64,000 nt of DNA, from assembly GCA_944320495.1 (NCBI GenBank), contig CALUHR010000002.1, positions 1 to 64,000 of the forward strand, in the 5' to 3' direction. The notes under the pieces are model-generated. The model worked only from the letters and a program-made list of their open reading frames with translations, had not been told where the DNA came from and ran no database searches. Made by a program: the position numbers and the translations under genes. Shown here piece after piece: positions 1 through 9,601 of the stretch; the first letter of the stretch is position 1, and each line of letters opens with the position of its first letter. This DNA comes from Candidatus Methanomethylophilaceae archaeon. Lineage in GTDB: Archaea > Thermoplasmatota > Thermoplasmata > Methanomassiliicoccales > Methanomethylophilaceae.

Positions 1-961
1 GGCCGTGCAGGGTCCCGGACTTCTCGTGCCTGTGAACGACCCCGAGCTCCCCGAGCCTGAGCGGGAGGTCCCTGTAGGACCTGGGCTCCGTCTTGTACAC
101 CAGGATGCTGCCGGGGCAGTTCATCGGTTTGACGCAGTAGATCTCGTCGTCGATGGTGGTGGTGTACATGTTGTCCTTGTAGTGGTCCCAGTGCCCGGAG
201 CGGAGCCAGAGCGCCTGGTTGAGGATCATGGGGGTGGAGATCTCCTGGTAGTTCTCCCTGGTGTGGATCTCCCTCCAGTAGTCGATGAGGGCGTTCTTCA
301 GGATCATACCCTTGGGGAGGAAGAACGGGAATCCGGGGCCCTCCTCCATGATGGCGAACAGACCGAGCTCCTTGCCGAGCTTGCGGTGGTCCCTCTTCTT
401 GGCCTCCTCCAGCATGGTGAGGTACTTGTCGAGGTCCTCCTTGCTCTCCCATGCGGTCCCGTAGATTCTGGTGAGCATCTTGTTGTGCTCGTCGCCCCTC
501 CAGTACGCGCCGGCGATGGAGGTGAGCTTGAAGGCCTTGACCGCCTTGGTGTAGAGGCAGTGGGGTCCGGCGCAGAGGTCCACGAACTCGCCCTGCTTGT
601 AGAAGCTGATGGGGGCGTCCTCCGGGAGGTCCTCCACGAGCATGACCTTGTAGTCCTCGCCCCTTCCCTTGAGGTAGTCGATGGCCTCCTGCCTGGGCAG
701 GGTGTAGGTCTCGACCTTGAGGTTCTCCTTGACGATCTTCTTCATCTCGGCCTCGAGCGCGTCGAGGTCCTCGGGGGTGAACCCTCCCTCCCTGTCGAAG
801 TCGTAGTAGAACCCGTCGTCGATGGCGGGGCCGATGGCCAGCTTGGTGCCGGGGAACAGCCTGAGCACGGCCTGTGCCAGCACGTGGGCCGCGGTGTGCC
901 TGATTACGGGGAGCGCGTCCTCGGTCTCCTGGACCGATCCGTCGGAGTAGAGCGCCTTCAT
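1..961 (-). CDS. thrS: Threonyl-tRNA synthetase, bacterial type (N-terminal part; runs off window)
   Basis: Not in ORF track. Manual translation from ATG 961: MKALYSDG...RHTAAHVLAQAV...IGPAIDDGFYYDFD...DLCAGPH...RDHRKLG...KPMNCPG...RDLPLRLGELGVVHRHEKSG (ThrRS editing domain and class II motifs). Confidence 0.97.
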   Translation of the reverse strand, partial: MKALYSDGSVQETEDALPVIRHTAAHVLAQAVLRLFPGTKLAIGPAIDDGFYYDFDREGGFTPEDLDALEAEMKKIVKENLKVETYTLPRQEAIDYLKGRGEDYKVMLVEDLPEDAPISFYKQGEFVDLCAGPHCLYTKAVKAFKLTSIAGAYWRGDEHNKMLTRIYGTAWESKEDLDKYLTMLEEAKKRDHRKLGKELGLFAIMEEGPGFPFFLPKGMILKNALIDYWREIHTRENYQEISTPMILNQALWLRSGHWDHYKDNMYTTTIDDEIYCVKPMNCPGSILVYKTEPRSYRDLPLRLGELGVVHRHEKSGTLHG

Positions 962-1129
962 GAAATCATCTCCGCCCCTCTTCACGGGGGCAAACGGACC
1001 CCCCTATGCCTCGGCCCTCTTATAACTACGCGTGCGCGCATCCCGATTCAACCGTCATGAAATGGCCGTGCCAGCGCATCTCACTCCAAAGTTTTATCTA
1101 AGGGAATGTGTTCGGCGGTTCTGCTTCAT

Positions 1130-1204
1130 GGCCGGGATAGGGTAGCTTGGTTATCCTAGGGGACTGTGGATCCCTTGACTCGGGTTCAAATCTCGGTCCC
1201 GGCC
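1130..1204 (+). tRNA. tRNA-His(GUG), G-1 genomically encoded, CCA not encoded
   Basis: Acceptor GCCGGGA/TCCCGGC, anticodon arm GGGGA-CT GTG GA-TCCCT, T-loop GGTTCAAATC; G at 1130 can pair with discriminator C1204. Confidence 0.95.
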
Positions 1205-1273
1205 CTCATTCTCAACCCGAACCTTCCATCGCTCGATTTTTAATCGCCCATCCGTTCACCGCGCCGATGCCCT

Positions 1274-2257
1274 ATGTCCAGGACCCGCGACAACATTGAC
1301 GACTACCGCAGACTCTGCATCGATTGCGGCGAATGCCGCGATGTGTGCCCGTCATACCGTCTGGGCGGATGCGATCCGCTCGCCGTCATGAAGGGGGACA
1401 ACTCGAGGGTCTTCGGATGCATCGGATGCGGGAACTGCTCCAGGGCATGCCCCGAGACCGACCCGAAGATCGTCATGCTCGCGGCGTACAGCATCATGCT
1501 CGACAGGCCGGTGAGCCAGGCGTTCCTCGACACGGGACTCTCCAGATACGTCTCCGAGGAGGCCCCCGGGCTCGGTCTCGAGCCGATCTGGGAAGGCGAC
1601 GATGTGTATGTCATGCCCGGATGCGTTGCGAAGTGCGAGGTCCCCTATGTGGTCTACGCCGCCTCGTCGGCGCTCAAGGGCATGGGGGTCCGTGCATCGG
1701 AGCTCCCGGAATTCACCTGCTGCATGTACCCGATCCAGTTCGGCGGGATGGACGACGACGAGAGGGAGGGCTACATCGGACGCATGGGCGAGACCGCCGG
1801 GAACAGGCCCCTGGTCACCCTCTGCGGCGGATGCAGCGAGATCATGAACCGCCACGGCACGGAGTGCCAGCACCTGATCCCGTTCCTCCACGCCCGCATG
1901 GACCTCCTTCCGAGGATCAGTGGGACTCTCAAGGTCTCCGTGGAACCCGGGTGCGCGGCGATCGTGTACAGGGACATGATGACCGAGATTGTCGAGAGGC
2001 TCGGCTGCGAGCCCGTCGGCAACGAGCCGGGATGCTGCGGGAAGAACGTCAGGGACATCTCCACCTCATTGATGCGCGAGAGGCAGGAGGCCGCCTCCGA
2101 AGCCGACGTCATCGTGGTCGGATGCCCCATGTGCCAGGCCAAGTACGACGCCTTCCCCGGCGGGAAGCCCGTGATGTACCTGGCGGAGCTCGTTGCCGCC
2201 GCCTACGGAGACAGGGCGTCCCTGGAATGCCACAGGATCCCCGTGCCGGACCTCTGA
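1274..2257 (+). CDS. Heterodisulfide-reductase-like Fe-S protein (short HdrC-like ferredoxin domain fused to HdrB-like CCG domains)
   Basis: CxxCxxCxxxC twice (CIDCGECRDVC, CIGCGNCSRAC), followed by CCG-type motifs (GCV, TCC, CGGC, GCCG, CPMC). Confidence 0.8.
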   Translation: MSRTRDNIDDYRRLCIDCGECRDVCPSYRLGGCDPLAVMKGDNSRVFGCIGCGNCSRACPETDPKIVMLAAYSIMLDRPVSQAFLDTGLSRYVSEEAPGLGLEPIWEGDDVYVMPGCVAKCEVPYVVYAASSALKGMGVRASELPEFTCCMYPIQFGGMDDDEREGYIGRMGETAGNRPLVTLCGGCSEIMNRHGTECQHLIPFLHARMDLLPRISGTLKVSVEPGCAAIVYRDMMTEIVERLGCEPVGNEPGCCGKNVRDISTSLMRERQEAASEADVIVVGCPMCQAKYDAFPGGKPVMYLAELVAAAYGDRASLECHRIPVPDL

Positions 2258-2329
2258 CACCTCGGTCGATCGTCCTTCGGAATCACTTATTAGCAGACAT
2301 GACATCCCCGTCCTCTCCGAGGTGCGAAG

Positions 2330-3781
2330 ATGGCATGGGAAGGCACGCTGAAGAGGATCGACGACAACAGATGGGAGATCCCCATGGATGAATCCACGGG
2401 GATGAAGACCAACGCGGTCATCTACGCCAGCGAGGCGATGATCTCGTCCATCCGCGCCGACAACGCGCCCCAGCAGGCCGCCAACGTCGCATGCCTCCCC
2501 GGTATCGTGGGGAGCTCCATGGCCATGCCGGACATCCACTGGGGATACGGGTTCCCCATCGGCGGCGTGGCCGCTGTGGACGCCGACTCCGGGTCCATCT
2601 CACCGGGAGGCATCGGATTCGACATCAACTGCGGCGTGCGCCTCATCAAGACGGACCTCACCCTCGAGGACATCGGCGACAGGAGGGACGCCCTCGTGGA
2701 CGAGCTCTACAGGAACGTGCCCTCCGGACTGGGGTCCAAGGGCCTCACAAAGGTCGGATACAAGGAGCTGGACGAGATCCTCATGAACGGCTCCGAATGG
2801 GCCGTGGAGAACGGCTACGGCTGGGAGGAGGACCTGGACGCCACCGAGGAGCACGGCCACATGGAAGACGCCGACCCCACAAAGGTGAGCGACAAGTCAC
2901 GCAAGCGCGGTCTCCCCCAGCTGGGATCCCTCGGATCGGGCAACCATTTCCTCGAGCTCGACGTCGTCGAGAACGTCTTCGACGAGCAGACCGCCCGCGC
3001 CTTCGGTCTGAGGGAGGGGCAGATCACCGTCACCGTCCATTGCGGTTCCCGCGGGTGCGGCCACCAGATTGCCACCGATTACCTCCAGGAGATGGAGCGC
3101 TACATCAAGCAGAACTCCGTAGGCCTGCCGGACAGGCAGCTCGCCTGCGCCCCGCTGGACTCCAAGCTCGGCATGGACTACTACCATGCCATGTGCTGCG
3201 GCGCCAACTACGCCTGGGCCAACAGGCAGATGATCACCCACTGGGTCAGGGAGTCATTCGAGAAGATCCTCGGGGACTCGGCGGAGAGCATGGGCATGGG
3301 CGTCGTCTACGACGTGGCGCACAACATCGCCAAGATGGAGCGCCACGACATCGACCGCCATCACGCCGACGTGCTCGTCCACAGGAAGGGTGCCACCAGG
3401 GCGTTCGCCCCGGGAAGGGCCGAGGTGCCCCTGAAGTACCGCGACCACGGGCAGCCCGTCATCATCCCCGGCGACATGAGCGTCGGGACCTACGTCCTCG
3501 CCGGGAGGAGGGGCAGCATGGAGCAGACCTTCGGCTCCTCGTGCCACGGCGCGGGCAGGAAGATGTCCAGGAAGGCGGCCATCAGCTCCCTCACCGTTGA
3601 CGGCGTGAAGAGGGAGATGTCCGAGAAGGGAGTCTACCTGAGGAACGGCACCGACGAGGGCGTCCTGGAGGAGGCCCCCGAGGCATACAAGGATGTCGAG
3701 GAGGTGGTCAGCGTCGTGTGCGACGCGGGACTGACCGCCAAGGTCGCCAAGCTCACCCCGATCGGCGTGATCAAGGGCTGA
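2330..3781 (+). CDS. rtcB: tRNA-splicing ligase RtcB
   Basis: MPDIHWGYGFPIGG, GFDINCGVR, GSGNHF, HCGSRG, HNIAK, HRKGAT, SCHGAGR motifs. Confidence 0.98.
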   Translation: MAWEGTLKRIDDNRWEIPMDESTGMKTNAVIYASEAMISSIRADNAPQQAANVACLPGIVGSSMAMPDIHWGYGFPIGGVAAVDADSGSISPGGIGFDINCGVRLIKTDLTLEDIGDRRDALVDELYRNVPSGLGSKGLTKVGYKELDEILMNGSEWAVENGYGWEEDLDATEEHGHMEDADPTKVSDKSRKRGLPQLGSLGSGNHFLELDVVENVFDEQTARAFGLREGQITVTVHCGSRGCGHQIATDYLQEMERYIKQNSVGLPDRQLACAPLDSKLGMDYYHAMCCGANYAWANRQMITHWVRESFEKILGDSAESMGMGVVYDVAHNIAKMERHDIDRHHADVLVHRKGATRAFAPGRAEVPLKYRDHGQPVIIPGDMSVGTYVLAGRRGSMEQTFGSSCHGAGRKMSRKAAISSLTVDGVKREMSEKGVYLRNGTDEGVLEEAPEAYKDVEEVVSVVCDAGLTAKVAKLTPIGVIKG

Positions 3782-5081
3782 CCCCGAGCACCCTGCGGGA
3801 TGCGCGGGACACGGCCTCGACCCTCTCAGGAGGGCATGCCACGAGGACCGCCCATCCGTATGGGTCGCGGGACTGCAGCGCACGGGCGATCGGAGAGTAC
3901 CTGGCGAGCGAGCGCACCCTCCCGGATTCGTCGTATATCGACACGTCGGTCTTCCCGACGTTCATCTTGCCCTGGAGGTTCGCCTTGGACGTGACCTCGC
4001 AGCAGACGTCCATGCCATCCACCCCGGCCGCGTCGGCGATCTCAGCCTCCAACTTCCTGGTCCCGGCCCTGCCGGTGTAGGCCATGAGCGTCTCCGCGGT
4101 GGCCTCGTCCATCTCCTGGCTGTATATCGCCAGGGCCTTCTTGTCCAGACGGCGGGCGCGCACCCTGCGGGCCTCCAGCGAGGGCCTCCCTCCGGCATCG
4201 ATGAGGAGCGACTGCAACTCGGCATCGCCCATCAGGTGTATCCGGGAGAGGTCCACCTCCGACTCCTCCGCGGCCTTGGTTATCATCCTCTGCGCTATGC
4301 GCGTGGTCTCATGGAAGTAGACCGAGGTGTACATCAGGGACCTGGAGACCATCAGACCCTCGGCGGCGGTTATGCCCCCGCGGCTAAGCGCGATGCGGTC
4401 GTTCACGACGGCCATCGTCTTGATTAGGCGGTCGCAGTCGATCCTGCCGTGGCACACGCCGGTGTGGAGCGAGTCCCTCATGAGGTAGTCCATCTGGTCC
4501 GCGTCCACCGGACCGTGGATGATCTGATGGGCGTAGTCCTTGGACGGGAAGTACTCGTGCCTGTTCCAGAACCTGTCCAGGACCTCCGTCCCGGTGGATT
4601 CGGGCGACGATATGAACCCGCAGACAGCCTCCGGCGATATGCCGGCGGCCTCCATGGTCTCGGCTATGGTGTCCAGACCCCCGTAGATGTCGGAGTCGCA
4701 CTCCCTGTAGAACGGTACATCGCCGAAGATCAGCGCCCTGGCCATGCCCATGTGCCCCATGCCCGTGGCGTCCTCCATCGCGCCCTCGAGGGCGTGGGAG
4801 AACGGCGGGTGGCACACGTCGTGCAGGAGCCCCGCCATCCTCACGGCGGCGGAATCCTCATCGTCCAGGCCTATGGCCTCGGCCATCATGCCCGCGAGAT
4901 GGTATGTTCCGAGGCAGTGCTCGAACCGGGTGTGGTTCGCTCCCGGGAAGACCTGATCCCCGAGGCCGAGCTGCCTCACGGACCTGAGCCTCTGCATCTC
5001 CGGGCGATCCAGGACGTTCAGAAAGACCCCGTCCACCCCTATGGTGCCGTGCACCGGGTCCTGGATCACCTTGGATGCCAT
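3771..5081 (-). CDS. HD-domain phosphohydrolase (dNTP triphosphohydrolase-like)
   Basis: DPVHG, QRLR..RQLG, HTRFEHCLG, LLHDVCHPPFSH, DADQMDYL motifs. Confidence 0.9.
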   Translation of the reverse strand: MASKVIQDPVHGTIGVDGVFLNVLDRPEMQRLRSVRQLGLGDQVFPGANHTRFEHCLGTYHLAGMMAEAIGLDDEDSAAVRMAGLLHDVCHPPFSHALEGAMEDATGMGHMGMARALIFGDVPFYRECDSDIYGGLDTIAETMEAAGISPEAVCGFISSPESTGTEVLDRFWNRHEYFPSKDYAHQIIHGPVDADQMDYLMRDSLHTGVCHGRIDCDRLIKTMAVVNDRIALSRGGITAAEGLMVSRSLMYTSVYFHETTRIAQRMITKAAEESEVDLSRIHLMGDAELQSLLIDAGGRPSLEARRVRARRLDKKALAIYSQEMDEATAETLMAYTGRAGTRKLEAEIADAAGVDGMDVCCEVTSKANLQGKMNVGKTDVSIYDESGRVRSLARYSPIARALQSRDPYGWAVLVACPPERVEAVSRASRRVLGVSP

Positions 5082-5573
5082 TCACTCACCAGACTTCCAG
5101 AGCCTGTCGCCCACGTAGTGGACGGTCTTCACGGCCTTGCCGGACTTCTTCTCGGCGAGCTCCGCTGCTGAGCGGAGGGAGATGCCCACGGCGAGCGGGG
5201 CGCCGTTCCTGGCGTCCCTGACCCAGACGAGGTCCCCTTCGGCTATGTCCGGATCCGTGTCGACGATGCCGGGCCCCATGACGTCGGCCCCGTTGGTGAC
5301 GAACGGCACCGCGCCCATGTCGACCGTGACGTAGCGCCTCTCGGGACGGTACTTGAGGATGCCACGGATGGTCAAGAAAGGCTTCCCGTCCATCACGATG
5401 GCGAGGATGTCGCCTTTGACGAACACCAGGTCGTAGTCGGTGCTCTCGGCCATGTCGACGCCGTCCGCGGGGACGAAGGTCTGTATGCCGAAGACCTCCT
5501 CGATCTGCTGCGCGAGGGCCTTGACGTCCTTGTCCCTCATCCTCTTCCTCTTACGGATCATGATGTCTGCCAT
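5082..5573 (-). CDS. PUA-domain RNA-binding protein (DUF1947/MCT-1-like)
   Basis: VTVDMGAVPFVTNGADVMGPGI...GKAVKTVHYVGD; start placed at ATG 5573. Confidence 0.9.
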   Translation of the reverse strand: MADIMIRKRKRMRDKDVKALAQQIEEVFGIQTFVPADGVDMAESTDYDLVFVKGDILAIVMDGKPFLTIRGILKYRPERRYVTVDMGAVPFVTNGADVMGPGIVDTDPDIAEGDLVWVRDARNGAPLAVGISLRSAAELAEKKSGKAVKTVHYVGDRLWKSGE

Positions 5574-5683
5574 ATCGTCCCTCCATGGCACCGACCGATA
5601 ATTATGTTTGGCCCGTCTGGGTATGAAAACGGCGCCTGTAGATGGCGCAGTCGGGAGAGAATCTGGGCGGCCTGCCGCGGACA

Positions 5684-5701
5684 GGATGGATGGATGGATG
5701 G
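5684..5701 (+). repeat. (GGAT)4-GG microsatellite in intergenic region
   Basis: GGATGGATGGATGGATGG read directly. Confidence 0.8.
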
Positions 5702-5877
5702 TTGCAGAAAGCGACCGACCGCCCCAGAAGACCGAGCCATTGGGTTTCGACTCGCAGTCTTCAGAATAACGATTCCCTGGAAGGTATTTAAAGGAAACAA
5801 GGGGGGTACACCGAAAAGGGTACCCCCGGTTTTTGATATCTGGCTATGTTGGAAAACCGAGCGAAAACCCACCCAGG

Positions 5878-7563
5878 TCACTTCGTCTTGTGGCGCACCT
5901 TCACGGCTATGCCCCTGTTGAGCTCGGTCATCTCACGGCCGCACATCTCGGCGACACCGACGCCGCGGACCTCCCCGTTGCACACGAAGATGGCCTCGTC
6001 GCCCACGTGTATCGCCGGGTCAGCCCTGACGACCCCCACGGCGAACAGGTTACCCCTGAGCTCGAAGTCCTGAATCTCCACCACGTTGTGGCCGAGGCCC
6101 GCCACGATGGCCGCCCCGTCGATGGTTAGGGACACCATTCCCCTCTCGGGGGTCATCATGCCCAGCTGGATCTTCTTCCCGTCGCGCTCGCGGATGATCT
6201 TCCAATAGGGGAACTTCCCGATGGCATAAGTGTCGGCGTCCATGATAGCGTCCGCCACATCCTGTCCGAACTGGAACCCCAGGACGCTGTGGACGTAGTC
6301 GTTGCGCTCCTCCAGGTAACCGACCTTGTCCATGCCCTTGGCAGCCTCGCGAAGGGCCCTGTCGAGGTTCTCCAGGGACTTGGGGGACGTCGGATCTCCC
6401 ACGACAGTGCACTCCATATCGGCAAGCCCCTCGACGAGCTCGTAGTCCTCGCCCAGATGGCAGATGACCTTGTCGTACCCCTGGGCCAGTATCGCCGAGA
6501 CGGACTCGCGGATGAACGCCTTCTCCTCGCATTTCCACTCGCCGGTTACGGGGATGTCGTAGGAGTTGGCTGGGAAGAACATGTCGAGCTCCCTGGGGAC
6601 GGCCCCGAGAGGGGAGGTGACGATGACCTCGTGCACCAGGGTGTCATGCTGGGCGGTGTGGATCGCCGATGCGAACGCCCTATGCGATTTGGAGATGTGG
6701 TATGGCTTCTTGGCGGAGCAGGGCAGGAGCACCAGGATCCTCTTGCACGCTGGCTTCCTGTACTCCTTGATGGCGTGGCGCCAGCGGACGACCTCCGGAC
6801 GACGTAGGGACTGGGTGGTGTTGCAGCAGAACCTGCAGCCCACGGTGGAGCAGGTCTCCTCCGCGAAGGCGTATCCGACGCGGTCGTAGAGCCTGAGCGT
6901 CGCCACGCCATAGGGCGAGAACGACGAGCGCTGGTCCGCCAGCTCCCTCAGCCTGTCAGCTTTGATGAAGTCCCTGACGAGCCCGATCTCGGCCTCCAGG
7001 GCGCGAACGTTCTCGACGGAACAGTCGCGGCCGACCGCCATCTCCGCCTCGGGGACCATCCTCGTCCCAGCGATGCCGGCGGCCCTGCAGAGCGTGTCGT
7101 CGACTACGTCGACGCCCATGAGCACCAATATCGCCGCCATGGACGGCTCGCCTATGCCGAGCATGCAAAGGATGCGGTTGAATCCGACGGCCTCCCTCAG
7201 GCGGATCACGTTGTCGACGAGGCGGCGCGGGTCGCGGCGCAGCTCGAAGGCATTGGGAACCACGACGAACTCCGCCGACGGGTCCACGGAGAAGTCCTCT
7301 GGAAGCGGGAGTCTGACCACCTCGATCCCGTCGCGGACGCACGGCTCCGACGGCATCCCCGAGGAGGCCGTCCTGAGGAGTCCTGACTCCAACGGGACCT
7401 CGGTCCCCAGGATGGAGAGCGTCCTGCCGCCCTCGGTTACCTTGATACAGGCATCGTCGCCCTCGGAGACGATGACGCAGGGTGTGGACAGCTTCGGACC
7501 GCCCTTCTCCCTGGAATACTCGCAGAGCCTCGCCCTCTGGGACCTGGCCAGCACATCCAACAT
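5878..7563 (-). CDS. arcS: Archaeosine synthase ArcS (TGT-like + DUF5591 + PUA)
   Basis: LLPCSAKKPY..SKSH, EVIVTSPLGAVPRELD, YDIPVTGEW, C-terminal PUA domain. Confidence 0.9.
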   Translation of the reverse strand: MLDVLARSQRARLCEYSREKGGPKLSTPCVIVSEGDDACIKVTEGGRTLSILGTEVPLESGLLRTASSGMPSEPCVRDGIEVVRLPLPEDFSVDPSAEFVVVPNAFELRRDPRRLVDNVIRLREAVGFNRILCMLGIGEPSMAAILVLMGVDVVDDTLCRAAGIAGTRMVPEAEMAVGRDCSVENVRALEAEIGLVRDFIKADRLRELADQRSSFSPYGVATLRLYDRVGYAFAEETCSTVGCRFCCNTTQSLRRPEVVRWRHAIKEYRKPACKRILVLLPCSAKKPYHISKSHRAFASAIHTAQHDTLVHEVIVTSPLGAVPRELDMFFPANSYDIPVTGEWKCEEKAFIRESVSAILAQGYDKVICHLGEDYELVEGLADMECTVVGDPTSPKSLENLDRALREAAKGMDKVGYLEERNDYVHSVLGFQFGQDVADAIMDADTYAIGKFPYWKIIRERDGKKIQLGMMTPERGMVSLTIDGAAIVAGLGHNVVEIQDFELRGNLFAVGVVRADPAIHVGDEAIFVCNGEVRGVGVAEMCGREMTELNRGIAVKVRHKTK

Positions 7564-7702
7564 GAGTCTGCGACACACGACGCCGTATTAACGGTTGCGC
7601 CAGGCGCTCACACCGTATAGAAACATCGGTAAGGGGGGTTTGGTGGCCGACACGGTGACGTCGACCACCGGGTTGCATTCGTAGGTGCGGTCCATCCGCG
7701 TT

Positions 7703-8005
7703 TCAAGAGTCCCGGGCGGTCTCCCGCCGGGACTCTATCATGTATTGATTCAATCCTTCCAATCTTCTCGCGACTTCCGTACCCGTCTCGGTGAGACTGA
7801 GCGTCACCGAATGGGTGTGCGGGCTCTGTGTGAGGAGACCTGCCGATTCGAGGGCATCGAGCTTGTTAGGCATGTTGTTCGAGAACGCGACCGCCTGGTA
7901 GAGGTCCGATTTCGTACAACCATCGTGCCCGCCGACGTACAGCAGAATTGAGATCATGTGCTTACCCTCGAGGATCTTTGTACCCTCGTGGATGTCGCCC
8001 TTCAT
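7703..8005 (-). CDS. Winged-helix (HxlR/MarR-like) transcriptional regulator
   Basis: 100 aa; ILLYV...TKSDLY...KLDALESAGLL...SLTETG wHTH pattern. Confidence 0.75.
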   Translation of the reverse strand: MKGDIHEGTKILEGKHMISILLYVGGHDGCTKSDLYQAVAFSNNMPNKLDALESAGLLTQSPHTHSVTLSLTETGTEVARRLEGLNQYMIESRRETARDS

Positions 8006-8348
8006 CTCTACGTCCTGTCTTATTCAAGATCATCACCGTCCTCTCCATTTTGGAGATAACAATCCATTTCGGTGTAATGTATATAAAACAGTCACCACCG
8101 ACCCGATAATTGGGTGGTTTAGCATTGCAAATAAGAATTTTGTATATGCAATGCTGACTGAAAACGGGCGAAATCAAAGTATTTTGATGCGATTGTTAAT
8201 CAACATTCTTATAACTAAAAGTTTAATTTAAATAGTATACGTTATGCGGTCTATATTTCGTATTAAAATAAAGAGAGTACCGAATGTAACGTGCAGGCAC
8301 TTAATAAGCCCTTCGTCAACAGTCGGGTCCATACTCCTGGCCACGCCT

Positions 8349-9302
8349 TCAGAACACCTCGTAAGTCCTCCAGATAACGTAGTCTTCAGGCACCTCTCCG
8401 ACATGAAGGTCCGCTCCGGACTCCGGCGACGACTCGCAGTACCAGAAGCGGAGGTTGTGAACCAGCACATGGGATCCGGTGGCGTGCTCGACGTTGACCC
8501 CGACGGCCATGTGGGATCCGACGAGCCTCTCGTCCTCGAAGATGTTCACGTAGTGGAGCACCGTGTCGTAGCCCATCGCCTCCAGGATCGACGACAGCAG
8601 TATCGCGTGATCCTCGCAGTCCCCCGTGAGCTCCCACAGAGTCTCGACGGGGTATCTGAAGTAGTCGGACTGCCCGGTGGACTCCTCGTCCGTGGACGTG
8701 GGGATGCCGCGGACCATGTCCAGCACGCACTCTACACGCTCGAGGTCCGTGAGCCCGGCGGTCGCCTCCATCACACCAGCGGCGATCTCGCGGATCGTCT
8801 CATCCTCGGGGGTGACGAAGAAAACGCAGTCCCCACCCAGCGTGCGATAGTCGCGTGCGACGTCATCGTCGCTGTACTCGTGATACGATGATCCGGATAT
8901 CTCGACATGGATGGACCCCGAGCTCGCATCCGTGTCCCAGCTCAGCATGAGATCCTCGGAGCCGGGGGAGAAGTGCGCCTCAAGATGGGAGTTCTTCGTG
9001 ACCTTGAACGTGTAGGACTCGTCCGTGGACACCAGGACGCCGTCATCGTACCATCCCTCGAAGATGCAGCCGTCATCGGCCTCCGCGGTGACGGTGACCG
9101 TCTCGCCGTCGCGATAGTATCCTCCGCCGTCAACATGACCCATCCCGTCGATGCCGATGGTCACCTCGCTCATGAACGAGGAAGCGATCAGTACGACCAT
9201 TACGGAGAACATGGCGAGCGCACACGGAATCGTTATGCGACGCGTACGGCGGGGCCTCGATGCCTCGTCCCTGCGAGAACCCGGAGCCTTGCCGGGTCCC
9301 AA
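8349..9302 (-). CDS. Surface-anchored protein: InlB-B-type repeat + transglutaminase-like cysteine protease domain
   Basis: N-terminal hydrophobic segment; GGGYYRDGETVTVTAEADDGCIFEGWY repeat; GDCEDHAILL...HMAVGV...CES core. Start uncertain. Confidence 0.75.
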   Translation of the reverse strand: MGPGKAPGSRRDEASRPRRTRRITIPCALAMFSVMVVLIASSFMSEVTIGIDGMGHVDGGGYYRDGETVTVTAEADDGCIFEGWYDDGVLVSTDESYTFKVTKNSHLEAHFSPGSEDLMLSWDTDASSGSIHVEISGSSYHEYSDDDVARDYRTLGGDCVFFVTPEDETIREIAAGVMEATAGLTDLERVECVLDMVRGIPTSTDEESTGQSDYFRYPVETLWELTGDCEDHAILLSSILEAMGYDTVLHYVNIFEDERLVGSHMAVGVNVEHATGSHVLVHNLRFWYCESSPESGADLHVGEVPEDYVIWRTYEVF

Positions 9303-9601
9303 GCCCGTGCTCCCCAGCCTACGGTCGGGAGCACCACGTGAGTCCGACCTCGTTGTAAGACCTTCTCGGGGACGGCGGCTCTCGGGAGACTGTGCGGATC
9401 ACCGGGGGTCTCCGCCCACCGTTGTTTTACTACCAAGGCCGGCTCTAATAAACATTGTGTGTGAACCATGCTCTAAGTACGTTATACAATCGAACATATA
9501 TCATGTCTAATTGAATGATGGGACATCCGTCGGTATGCACCGCGGACCCCTCTCCGTCCGAGCTCCGAACAATTAATACACCGACGGACAATCGCCCGGA
9601 C

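Noticed and set aside
5-1060. 351-aa plus-strand ORF
   Set aside because: Antisense shadow of thrS, typical of high-GC3 DNA.
3771-5081. CGG also acting as a stop
   Set aside because: CGG encodes conserved Arg residues (HTRFEH at about 4926; EEDR in mpg; several others).
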